The notes below the pieces were generated by a model that was not told the origin of the DNA, did not search any database, and saw only the letters and a list, made by a program, of their open reading frames with translations. From an uncultured Clostridia bacterium (GTDB taxonomy: Bacteria; Bacillota; Clostridia; Christensenellales; Borkfalkiaceae), in NCBI GenBank assembly GCA_964592605.1, contig CAZQFP010000001.1:6755-70754 (forward strand): a stretch of DNA of 64,000 nt. The letters run 5' to 3'. Of this stretch, positions 1-7,694 are shown one piece after another. A program made the position numbers and the translations under genes. How positions within the stretch are numbered: position 1 is the stretch's first letter; each line of letters opens with the position of its first letter.

Positions 1-1
1 C

Positions 2-1450
2 GCGACGCTTACCGACGAAATTGCCGCAATAGACAATTTGAAAATAGTTCACGCAAGCGAAGCCGGCATAAGCGTAGATATTCCCGTGGCGCTTGTGAGC
101 GGAAGTTTACAGCAAAACGGTAAGTACGAAACGTACGGCGAAGTTGAGCTTAACGAAGACGACGGATTCTATCACGATAAAGCTACGGGTAATCTGGTCG
201 TTGCCGACTTAAGGAACAGCACACTCTGGACAGAACGCGTGGTTGGCAAAACGTTTATAGGAACCGACGAGCAATCGCATTCCGCCAGCCTTTACAATTT
301 GGCTTACTTCCTTATGTCAAACTATCGTCAGCTTGAAGATGACCACGACACAGACATAGAGTTGGCATATGATTTCGGTCATACCGATGCTTTACACGAA
401 TACTACTATTTGCAAATGTTTTCGGACACGGAATACGTTCCCGTAACACAAGATTTGAAAGATACGATGGTCGCATTTTTGGAAATGTACTGCGACAGAA
501 ACGAGAAAGATTACTACGACGAGCAGTGGCTTGAATTCTGCTATATCTTCAAACACTACGGCGGCGAACATGCAAAGGGCGACGTTTGCTATGAAAAAGT
601 AGACCCCACCGCAGGACGCGGACGCCACAACGCATACGTTGCCGTTGAAGACGAACTCAACAAGGTTGACATCACCCACACTTCAACTTATAACGGCGGC
701 GGCTTATACTATAAGTTCACACCTTCCAAGACGGGCGTATACAAGTTTGTTTCTTCTGAAAACGTTTACAAAAACTCGCTGGGAGACACCGAAGAAAGCG
801 ACCCCGCATTGATGGTTGAAGACGAAAACGGCACAATATTGTATTATTTCAATTCCGACCAATCTTACGATAAGGTGGGCGAAACAGGGGCTAACTACTT
901 CGGTTACGGCGAGTTGCAAGCAGGTAAAACCTACTATCTGCACTCCATTATGGGTTATATAGGCAAAGCTGGAAAGTATTCGTTCCAGACAACGTACGTT
1001 GGCACCAGTTACGATCACCTTGTAACTTGCACGGACGGTTCGTGGGCGGACGACGGAAATTACAATGCAATATCCGTTGCGCTCGGTTCTGACGGTTACT
1101 ACCACCAAGTTGACAGAGCCGGAAAGTTGAAATCGATTGTGTACCTTGATTTCGTACACGTAAACCATCTTGACTCCAACGGACATTCGGTTTACGAAAT
1201 GGTTAAAGCGGATATGTTCAATATGCTTACAACTTTCGGATTAGACTACACCGCCGATATGGAACGCTACTACGATATGTCTATCGAAGGCAAAGACCCG
1301 AGCGACGAGCTTTACGGACTTGTGCCCGTTGACCAAGAGCTGTGCGACATACTTGTAGCGTACACGCAGGTGATTAGCCTTGAAGGCGACGGCAGGGGCT
1401 CGAATTACTGGTTGTCGACGTGTTGCTACTACCAGCACTACGGCGCATAA
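2..1450 (+). CDS. hypothetical protein (probable secreted/surface protein), 5' end cut by window edge
   Basis: The frame of ORF 38..1450 stays open back to nt 2 (ATLTDEIAAIDNL precedes the first Met), so the true start lies upstream of the window. More than 470 aa, Tyr/Asp/Gly-rich, no catalytic motif recognised. TAA at 1448-1450 is followed by a strong hairpin terminator. Confidence 0.6.
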   Translation, partial: ATLTDEIAAIDNLKIVHASEAGISVDIPVALVSGSLQQNGKYETYGEVELNEDDGFYHDKATGNLVVADLRNSTLWTERVVGKTFIGTDEQSHSASLYNLAYFLMSNYRQLEDDHDTDIELAYDFGHTDALHEYYYLQMFSDTEYVPVTQDLKDTMVAFLEMYCDRNEKDYYDEQWLEFCYIFKHYGGEHAKGDVCYEKVDPTAGRGRHNAYVAVEDELNKVDITHTSTYNGGGLYYKFTPSKTGVYKFVSSENVYKNSLGDTEESDPALMVEDENGTILYYFNSDQSYDKVGETGANYFGYGELQAGKTYYLHSIMGYIGKAGKYSFQTTYVGTSYDHLVTCTDGSWADDGNYNAISVALGSDGYYHQVDRAGKLKSIVYLDFVHVNHLDSNGHSVYEMVKADMFNMLTTFGLDYTADMERYYDMSIEGKDPSDELYGLVPVDQELCDILVAYTQVISLEGDGRGSNYWLSTCCYYQHYGA

Positions 1451-1470
1451 ATTACTACAACAAAATTAAA

Positions 1471-1505
1471 AATCCCGAAGTGTAAACTTCGGGATTTTCT
1501 TTTTA
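1471..1505. terminator. bidirectional rho-independent terminator between convergent genes
   Basis: Perfect 11-bp stem AATCCCGAAGT/ACTTCGGGATT (1471-1481 / 1486-1496) with a GTAA loop. T-run TTTCTTTTT follows on the plus strand; the A-run upstream gives a T-run on the minus strand. Confidence 0.8.
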
Positions 1506-1539
1506 GCTCTTAATTGACGGAGCGCTTGTGTTTGGGAGA

Positions 1540-1596
1540 CGGAAAACAAAACGGCAAAGCAAAACCCCTTGCGTGTGCGTTTGCACGTACAAGGGG
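1540..1596 (-). terminator. rho-independent terminator ending the long minus-strand operon
   Basis: Hairpin CCCCTTG...CAAGGGG (1565-1571 / 1590-1596) with inner GTGC/GCAC pairing. On the minus strand it is followed by TTTTGCTTTGCCGTTTTGTTTT. It lies 20 nt after the stop of ORF 1617..1877. Confidence 0.7.
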
Positions 1597-1616
1597 TAAA
1601 TTCTTTAAAACTGTTT

Positions 1617-1877
1617 TCAGTGTCCTATCCACAGATAGGCAACCGCTACAACTATTCCGAAAGCCAAGATAATGCAAGCAAGCATCGGCCAGTATGCGGC
1701 GAACGCGCCGCGAACCATCTTCCAGTACTCCTTGCGCGAAACCTTCTGCCGCGGCATATTGCCGTTTTTCTTTCTCTGCGGGTCGTACCATCTGAAACCT
1801 TCTACGTTCATATCTACAATCGTAGTTTCGGTGTCCAAATCGTCCTTTTTTTTGGGCTTATCACTCTTGCGCGGCAT
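1617..1877 (-). CDS. small membrane protein (86 aa): basic N-terminal half, single C-terminal TM helix
   Basis: GGAGA lies 8 nt upstream of the ATG. The gene overlaps the 3' end of the preceding ABC ATPase gene by 17 nt. Lys/Arg-rich N-half is followed by the hydrophobic segment AFAAYWPMLACIILAFGIVVAVAYLWI. It is the last ORF before the operon terminator. Confidence 0.55.
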   Translation of the reverse strand: MPRKSDKPKKKDDLDTETTIVDMNVEGFRWYDPQRKKNGNMPRQKVSRKEYWKMVRGAFAAYWPMLACIILAFGIVVAVAYLWIGH

Positions 1878-4170
1878 CTGTCGTATCTCCGCTGTTATCT
1901 TGCGCCTTATCTGAAGTTTTATGCTTAAACAAATTCTTTAAACTGAATTTGGACTTAATTTTCTGCTCGTTCTCAAGTTCCGCTTTTTCACGCTCTTCGG
2001 CTTCTTTTAAAAGCATTGCGTTCTCTTCTTCGGTGTTGTACAAATGGCACGCGCAGAAATGTCCTTCTTCCACTTCCTTGTAAAGCGGTGCGGCTTTGGA
2101 ACAGATTTCCATACAGCTTTCGCATCTTGTGTGGAACTTGCAGCCCTTGGGCGGATTTACCGGCGAAGGAATATCGCCTTTAAGCACTATTCTGTTCATC
2201 TTCACGTGCGGATTGGGCACGGGAACTGCCGAAAACAACGCTTTTGTGTACGGATGCAGGGTGTTTTCAAACACTCTCTGCTTGCTACCGTATTCCACCA
2301 TATTACCAAGGTACATAACGCCTACGTCGTCGGAAATGTGTTTTACGACCGACAAGTCGTGCGATATGAATATATACGTAAGACCGAGCGTTTCTTTCAG
2401 CTCTATAAGCATATTTATTATCTGAGCCTGTATCGAAACGTCCAATGCGGAAACGGGTTCGTCGCAAACGACGAGTTCGGGTTTTAACGCAAGCGCCCTT
2501 GCTATACAAATTCTCTGGCGCTGTCCGCCCGAAAATTCGTGGGGGTAGCGTTCGAAGTAATGCGGTTGAAGTCCGCACTGCTTCATAACTTCCAAAACGT
2601 AGTCGTGGTAATCTTTTTTGCTAACCAGCTTATGCTGGCGCGCCGCTTCGCCGATAATTTCGCCGACCGTAAGTCTTGGTGAAAGACTTGAATAAGGGTC
2701 CTGGAAAATCATCTGCATGTTGGGACGCAATTTATCGAATTCGCGGTTTTTAAGGTCGGAAACCTTTTTGCCCTTGAACCACACTTCGCCTTTCGTAATA
2801 TCGTGCAGGCGTAAAACCGACCTGCCCATAGTTGATTTGCCGCAACCGCTTTCACCGACTATGCCGAGCGTCGTTCCCTTTTTGAGATTGAACGTTACGC
2901 CGTCTACTGCCTTTAAAAACTTATTGGGTCTGCCGAAGAAGTCCTTGCCGACAACGAAATATTTGCAAAGATTTTTAACTTCGAGCAAATTTTCGCCGAT
3001 AAACTCTTCTTCCTTTACTCTCGACCTTTTCTTTTCGATAAACGTTGTCAGCGCGGGCTGTGCAACCGAAAGCGCAAACGCCGCAACCGCTAAAACGAAG
3101 ATAGCGACGGGAACGCCGAGATTGTTTACGTACGCTATAAGCGGCGTAGGTTCAACGCCTGTCGGCAAATCCGCATTGGCATTGGCTATATCGGAATTTA
3201 TTTTCGTTACGCCTATTATGTCAAGGTAGTAACCGCCGATAAGCGCGGCAAACAAAATAGTTGCCAGAGTAATTGCAAAACCAACGGCAAAGAACACGGA
3301 ATCGTTCTTCTTTTCGTCGAAAAGCGTAAACAGCTTATTAACTATAAAAACAGAATACAGCGCCGAAATTGCCACAAGCGATATGCTTCCGATAGACGCC
3401 GCCGAAGTGAGAAGGCTTATTTTGTCTTCCACCGCGGGAACAACCGCGCCTTCTTCAACGAAGTGGAAAAATCCGCCGCTTATTTTAACCGACATACTTT
3501 CTACCGTAAGAACGTTTACGTTGCAGGTAGTTAAAATTACTATCGCCGTTAAAATTAAAATGCGGAGCGCCGCGAAACCGAAGTTTACGCAAGTGTGCTT
3601 TTGCTTGAATTTTGCGCGCTCTTCGTACGTTTTGCAAACGAAGTACGCGCCAGCCGTAAGCGTTGTTGCCGTAAGTCCTATAATTGTTGCTATATTATAG
3701 CCAACACCGTCTGCACGAACAGAAGCAAAGTGCATTGCCGCAAACACAACGTACGCAAAATACGTGTAAATTGCAAAGTTTTCCATGCGGCAGTGTTTTT
3801 TTAGCACAAACTTTTTAATAGCGCCGTAAACGGTGAATCCGGCAAGCGCAATAACGGCTACAAGTCCTATTACGGAAATTGCAAGGCGCAGGTTTGCCGC
3901 CGTATACATTGACGAAAGCGCCGATTCGCCAAGCGGAAGCGATGAAATATCGTTTTGCGCGCTACCGAAGAAATAATATATGTAGTTTTCGGAAATTTCC
4001 GTTCTGCTACCAACCAAAAACGCGAAAAGCAGAGAAAGTCCCGCCGCCGCCAGTGCAAGAAAGGGCAACAGTTTATGGAGAATTTCCGAAAAATTTAATT
4101 TGTTACGTTCCTGCCCGTCCGCAGTAACTTCCGTGCCGACGTTCTCGCCGGTATTTGCGTTATTCTGCAT
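1861..4170 (-). CDS. Opp/Dpp-type ABC transporter ATP-binding protein (OppF-like) fused to a ~375-aa N-terminal polytopic membrane domain
   Basis: The C-terminal half has Walker A GESGCGKST, signature FSGGQRQRICIARAL, Walker B VVCDEPVSALD, H-loop FISHD and the Cys-containing oligopeptide C-terminal region (GCKFHTRC...C..C). The N-terminal ~375 aa contain about 8 hydrophobic helices. AAGGAGAA RBS sits 5 nt upstream, and the ATG directly follows the TAA of the upstream gene. Confidence 0.85.
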   Translation of the reverse strand: MQNNANTGENVGTEVTADGQERNKLNFSEILHKLLPFLALAAAGLSLLFAFLVGSRTEISENYIYYFFGSAQNDISSLPLGESALSSMYTAANLRLAISVIGLVAVIALAGFTVYGAIKKFVLKKHCRMENFAIYTYFAYVVFAAMHFASVRADGVGYNIATIIGLTATTLTAGAYFVCKTYEERAKFKQKHTCVNFGFAALRILILTAIVILTTCNVNVLTVESMSVKISGGFFHFVEEGAVVPAVEDKISLLTSAASIGSISLVAISALYSVFIVNKLFTLFDEKKNDSVFFAVGFAITLATILFAALIGGYYLDIIGVTKINSDIANANADLPTGVEPTPLIAYVNNLGVPVAIFVLAVAAFALSVAQPALTTFIEKKRSRVKEEEFIGENLLEVKNLCKYFVVGKDFFGRPNKFLKAVDGVTFNLKKGTTLGIVGESGCGKSTMGRSVLRLHDITKGEVWFKGKKVSDLKNREFDKLRPNMQMIFQDPYSSLSPRLTVGEIIGEAARQHKLVSKKDYHDYVLEVMKQCGLQPHYFERYPHEFSGGQRQRICIARALALKPELVVCDEPVSALDVSIQAQIINMLIELKETLGLTYIFISHDLSVVKHISDDVGVMYLGNMVEYGSKQRVFENTLHPYTKALFSAVPVPNPHVKMNRIVLKGDIPSPVNPPKGCKFHTRCESCMEICSKAAPLYKEVEEGHFCACHLYNTEEENAMLLKEAEEREKAELENEQKIKSKFSLKNLFKHKTSDKAQDNSGDTTDAAQE

Positions 4171-5526
4171 TTAGTTCTCCTTTGCGCCCTGACCGTACAG
4201 ATAGCACGCCACCATATGCGTGGGCGATACCTGCACCATCGCGGGGTAATCGCCCGCACATTTTTCGGTACATTTTTCGCATCTGTCGCGGAAATAACAG
4301 TAATTAGGCATATTTATAGGGTTGGGAACAAACCCGGGTATGCAGTAAAGTTTGTCCACTTCCTGATCTACGGTCGGTTTCGACTTCTGCAAACCTATAG
4401 TATACGGATGCATGGGATGGTCGTAAATATCTTCCGCCGTACCGGCTTCTATAACCTTGCCCGCATACATAACCACAACGTAGTCCGCCATTTCGGCAAC
4501 CACGCCCAAATCATGTGTAATGAGCATTATCGAGCCGTTTATTTTGCCCTTTATGTCGCGCAGAAGGTCGAGTATCTGCGCCTGTATGGTTACGTCGAGT
4601 GCGGTCGTAGGTTCGTCCGCAACTATAAGTTTAGGATTGCACAAAAGCGCTATCGCTATCATAACTCTTTGACGCATACCACCCGAAAGTTCGTGCGGGT
4701 ACTTTTTGTACACGCCTTCGGGATCGGCAATACCTACGAGCTTCAACATCTCTATACTGCGCGCCTTTACGTCCTTTTTGGAAATGCCTTCAATGTGAAG
4801 TCTACCTACTTCGTCAAGCTGGTTGCCGATAGTGAATACCGGATTGAGCGACGTCATCGGCTCCTGAAATATCATTGAAATTTCTCTGCCGCGAATAGTA
4901 CGCATTGCTTCGATAGGCATTTTGGCAATATCTACCACCTGCCTTTCCATTTCGTACATATTGCCGCCGAGAGCATTCTTTTTTATAATTTTTTTGCCTT
5001 TTGAATTCAGCTTAAAGCGCTCTTGCCCGTCTTCGCCGATTTCGGTTTCGTATACGGGAATTTTTCTGCCGCGTCCGTCCAGCTTGAACATATCGGCTTT
5101 AAAGCGTATAGAACCTTCTACAATCTGACCGCTGGGCGCCTGCACAAGTTGCATAAGTGAGAGCGAAGTTACGCTTTTGCCGCAACCGCTTTCGCCTACT
5201 ACGCCGACGGTAGAACCTGCCGGAATTGAAAAAGTTACGCCGTTAACAGCTTTTACCGTACCTGCGTCCGAAAAGAAATAGGTGTGCAGATTTTCAAACT
5301 CTACGATGTTGTTGTCATCCTTCATCCGGGTAACGTACTCTTCGGGTTTAACTCTGCGCTTTTTTCTCTTTTCGTAGTAGTTTATCGCCTTTGCGTTTTC
5401 TTTTGCGATTTTTCTAGATTCTTTGCGCGATATATAATGCTTTTTGCTTTCGTTTTTCTTATCGGCTACATTCTTCTTATTTTTGCGCAATATATTTTTT
5501 TTGCTGTCTTTTTTATTATCAGCCAT
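4171..5526 (-). CDS. Opp/Dpp-type ABC transporter ATP-binding protein (OppD-like) with Lys-rich N-terminal extension and internal insertion
   Basis: Walker A GESGCGKSV, signature LSGGMRQRVMIAIAL, Walker B IVADEPTTALD, H-loop ITHD. About 75 N-terminal residues are Lys/Asn/Arg-rich (MADNKKDSKKNILRKNKKNV...). A ~60-aa insert (FKADMFKLDGRGRK...MERQVVDIAKMP) lies between Walker A and the Q-loop. Confidence 0.85.
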   Translation of the reverse strand: MADNKKDSKKNILRKNKKNVADKKNESKKHYISRKESRKIAKENAKAINYYEKRKKRRVKPEEYVTRMKDDNNIVEFENLHTYFFSDAGTVKAVNGVTFSIPAGSTVGVVGESGCGKSVTSLSLMQLVQAPSGQIVEGSIRFKADMFKLDGRGRKIPVYETEIGEDGQERFKLNSKGKKIIKKNALGGNMYEMERQVVDIAKMPIEAMRTIRGREISMIFQEPMTSLNPVFTIGNQLDEVGRLHIEGISKKDVKARSIEMLKLVGIADPEGVYKKYPHELSGGMRQRVMIAIALLCNPKLIVADEPTTALDVTIQAQILDLLRDIKGKINGSIMLITHDLGVVAEMADYVVVMYAGKVIEAGTAEDIYDHPMHPYTIGLQKSKPTVDQEVDKLYCIPGFVPNPINMPNYCYFRDRCEKCTEKCAGDYPAMVQVSPTHMVACYLYGQGAKEN

Positions 5527-5528
5527 TT

Positions 5529-6653
5529 TTACCTCTTCATTTTGGGGTCAAACGCGTCGCGCAGACCGTCGCCGACAAAATTGAACGCAAGTATTGCAAG
5601 TGTTATGCACACGCCCGAACCAAGCCACAGGTTGGGGTAGTAAGTTCTGTATCTTGAGTTGGAAGCAAGGTTAATCATATTGCCCCAGGTTGCCGTACCT
5701 TCAGGCGCGCCTATTCCAAGGAAACCGAGCGTTGCTTCCATAAGTATTACGCTACCCAATCCCAAAGTCATTGAAACTATAAGTTGCGGCACAATGTTTG
5801 GTATTAAATGTTTGAATATTTTTTTGCTTGTTGAAAGACCTGAACCCTTTGCCGCCAGCATAAAGTCTTGCTCTCGTAGCGAAAGTATCTGTCCGCGCAC
5901 AAGTCGGGCTGTGCTCGTCCAACCTAAAAGACATAGCACCGCCATCATATAATACAGCTTCATTATGTTACCCGCCAAGCCCCAGGAATCGAATACAAGT
6001 CCTAAAATCAACATTATAGGTAGCGACGGTATACAGCTTAAAATGTCCACAATACGCATTATAAGAGTATCGACCCACTTGCCGAAGTACCCCGCAAGTC
6101 CGCCGAAGAATATACCGAGCAGAGTTTCGAGTATTACGACGACAAAGCCTATGGTAAGCGAAATTCTTCCGCCGTACATAAGGTTAGTGAATACGTCGTT
6201 GCCCATATCGTCAGTGCCCATCCAGTGGTCGCCGGTAATTCCGCCGAGCGTATTATACTGGCGCGAATCGTTTACGACGACTTCCCACGCTTCGTACTCC
6301 ACTCCGTCAATTTCGTATGTAACGTTTGTGTAGAACGTTTCGGGATTTATATTATCATAGTCCTTTTTGGTTCCGTCGCCGCCGTTACTCCAAGGTGAGA
6401 ACACAGGACCTAAAAACGAGAAAACAAACAAAAAGATAATCGTTACCAAACCTATAATTGAAAGTTTGGAACGGAAAAACCTTTTTATAACGGTCATTGC
6501 AGGGGAAAGAACCTTTGCCCTTTCGGTAAGGTTTTCTCCGTGAAGGTCGTCGCTAAAGTTGCCGCCTGCCGCAGTTTCTTCAACGGGTGCCGCCGCAATT
6601 TCTTCCGCAACCGTTTCCCCTTCGGGTAAATTGTTTAATTTTTTCTTTTTCAT
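5529..6653 (-). CDS. ABC transporter permease, OppC/DppC-like
   Basis: Binding-protein-dependent transport inner-membrane component pattern with multiple TM helices, positioned after the OppB-like gene. I prefer the ATG at 6653 (MKKKKL..., GGTGAG RBS 4 nt upstream) over the TTG at 6671 used by the ORF track. The N-terminal ~60 aa are a hydrophilic extension. Confidence 0.8.
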   Translation of the reverse strand: MKKKKLNNLPEGETVAEEIAAAPVEETAAGGNFSDDLHGENLTERAKVLSPAMTVIKRFFRSKLSIIGLVTIIFLFVFSFLGPVFSPWSNGGDGTKKDYDNINPETFYTNVTYEIDGVEYEAWEVVVNDSRQYNTLGGITGDHWMGTDDMGNDVFTNLMYGGRISLTIGFVVVILETLLGIFFGGLAGYFGKWVDTLIMRIVDILSCIPSLPIMLILGLVFDSWGLAGNIMKLYYMMAVLCLLGWTSTARLVRGQILSLREQDFMLAAKGSGLSTSKKIFKHLIPNIVPQLIVSMTLGLGSVILMEATLGFLGIGAPEGTATWGNMINLASNSRYRTYYPNLWLGSGVCITLAILAFNFVGDGLRDAFDPKMKR

Positions 6654-6663
6654 AAACTCACCG

Positions 6664-7665
6664 TTATGCAACCAGCTTTACTCTGGGGTCTACTACCGCA
6701 TACATTATGTCGGCAAGCAAAGTACCCAATACCGTCAGCACCGCAAGAAACATATTATACGCCATTGCAAGCGGTATATCGCCGACTTTCAGCGCCTGAT
6801 AAGCAATATTACCTATACCGGGAATATCGAACACTGTTTCGGTAATCATCGCGCCGCCGAAAAGCGTGGGAAGCGTAAACGAAAGCGTTGTGATAAGCGG
6901 AATTAAAGTATTCCTGAAAACGTGCTTGTATACAACCTTTCCGTTTGAAAGTCCCTTTGCGCGCGCCGTTCTTATGTAGTCGGCGTTGAGAACTTCAAGC
7001 GTGTTCGTACGCGTGTATCTCATAAGCGAGCCTATGCTCAGCAACACCATAACTATTATCGGCAACACAAGGTGCCACAGCATATCGCCAAATCTTTGGG
7101 CTCCGGTTGCGTCTACGGGCATATTCGACGAAACAAGTCCGCCTAAATCGAACCAACCCAAATCTACCGCAAACCACTTTATAAACAAGTTGCCTATAAA
7201 GAACGTGGGGAAAGCCATAAGCACCATGCAGACTACCGTTGTAAAATAGTCGAACTTGCCGTACTGATTGCACGCGCATTTTATTCCCAGCGGAATTGCT
7301 ATTATGAGTTCGAGTATGAGCGAGAAGAACGAAATGCCGAAAGACGTTCCCATATTTTTGGAGATAACGTTTTCTACCTTGTCGTCGAACTGGAACGAAG
7401 TTCCCATATCTCCCGACATGAAACTTGTAAGCCAGCTCCAATAGCCTTTTAAAATACCTAAAAAGCTATTGTCGTTCAAGCCGAACTGTGCGAGCATTTG
7501 ATCTAACACAGCCAGTTCTTCTTCGGTTGCATTGGGATGCTGATCGTAGAACCTACTTGTAAAGAAGTCCGTAGGCATCATGCGCAGCAAACAATACAAA
7601 AGTATTGAAACGCCGAAGAGAACAAGCAGTGCTAGCAAAACTCTCTTTAATAAATACTTTGCCAT
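6664..7665 (-). CDS. ABC transporter permease, OppB/DppB-like
   Basis: 333 aa. N-terminal MAKYLLKRVLLALLVLFGVSILLY and C-terminal AVVDPRVKL are typical of OppB/DppB permeases. Six predicted TM segments. Lies between the binding-protein gene and the OppC-like gene. Confidence 0.85.
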   Translation of the reverse strand: MAKYLLKRVLLALLVLFGVSILLYCLLRMMPTDFFTSRFYDQHPNATEEELAVLDQMLAQFGLNDNSFLGILKGYWSWLTSFMSGDMGTSFQFDDKVENVISKNMGTSFGISFFSLILELIIAIPLGIKCACNQYGKFDYFTTVVCMVLMAFPTFFIGNLFIKWFAVDLGWFDLGGLVSSNMPVDATGAQRFGDMLWHLVLPIIVMVLLSIGSLMRYTRTNTLEVLNADYIRTARAKGLSNGKVVYKHVFRNTLIPLITTLSFTLPTLFGGAMITETVFDIPGIGNIAYQALKVGDIPLAMAYNMFLAVLTVLGTLLADIMYAVVDPRVKLVA

Positions 7666-7694
7666 AAGTTGAAGTTTACTCCGTAAAAGTTACA

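Noticed and set aside
392-1438. Minus-strand ORFs 392..679, 704..1186 and 1241..1438 opposite the first gene. Similar antisense ORFs lie inside large genes: 2044..2487, 2717..3229, 4216..4878, 8193..8708, 9333..10010, 22546..22971, 23128..23679, 28620..29180, 30261..30899, 33727..34269, 49656..50366, 54236..54856, 56479..57111 and 61675..62367.
   Set aside because: Each is fully embedded antisense or out of frame in a longer ORF that has recognisable motifs or clear operon context. Their compositions (Val/Arg/Phe/Cys-rich) are typical of non-coding frames.
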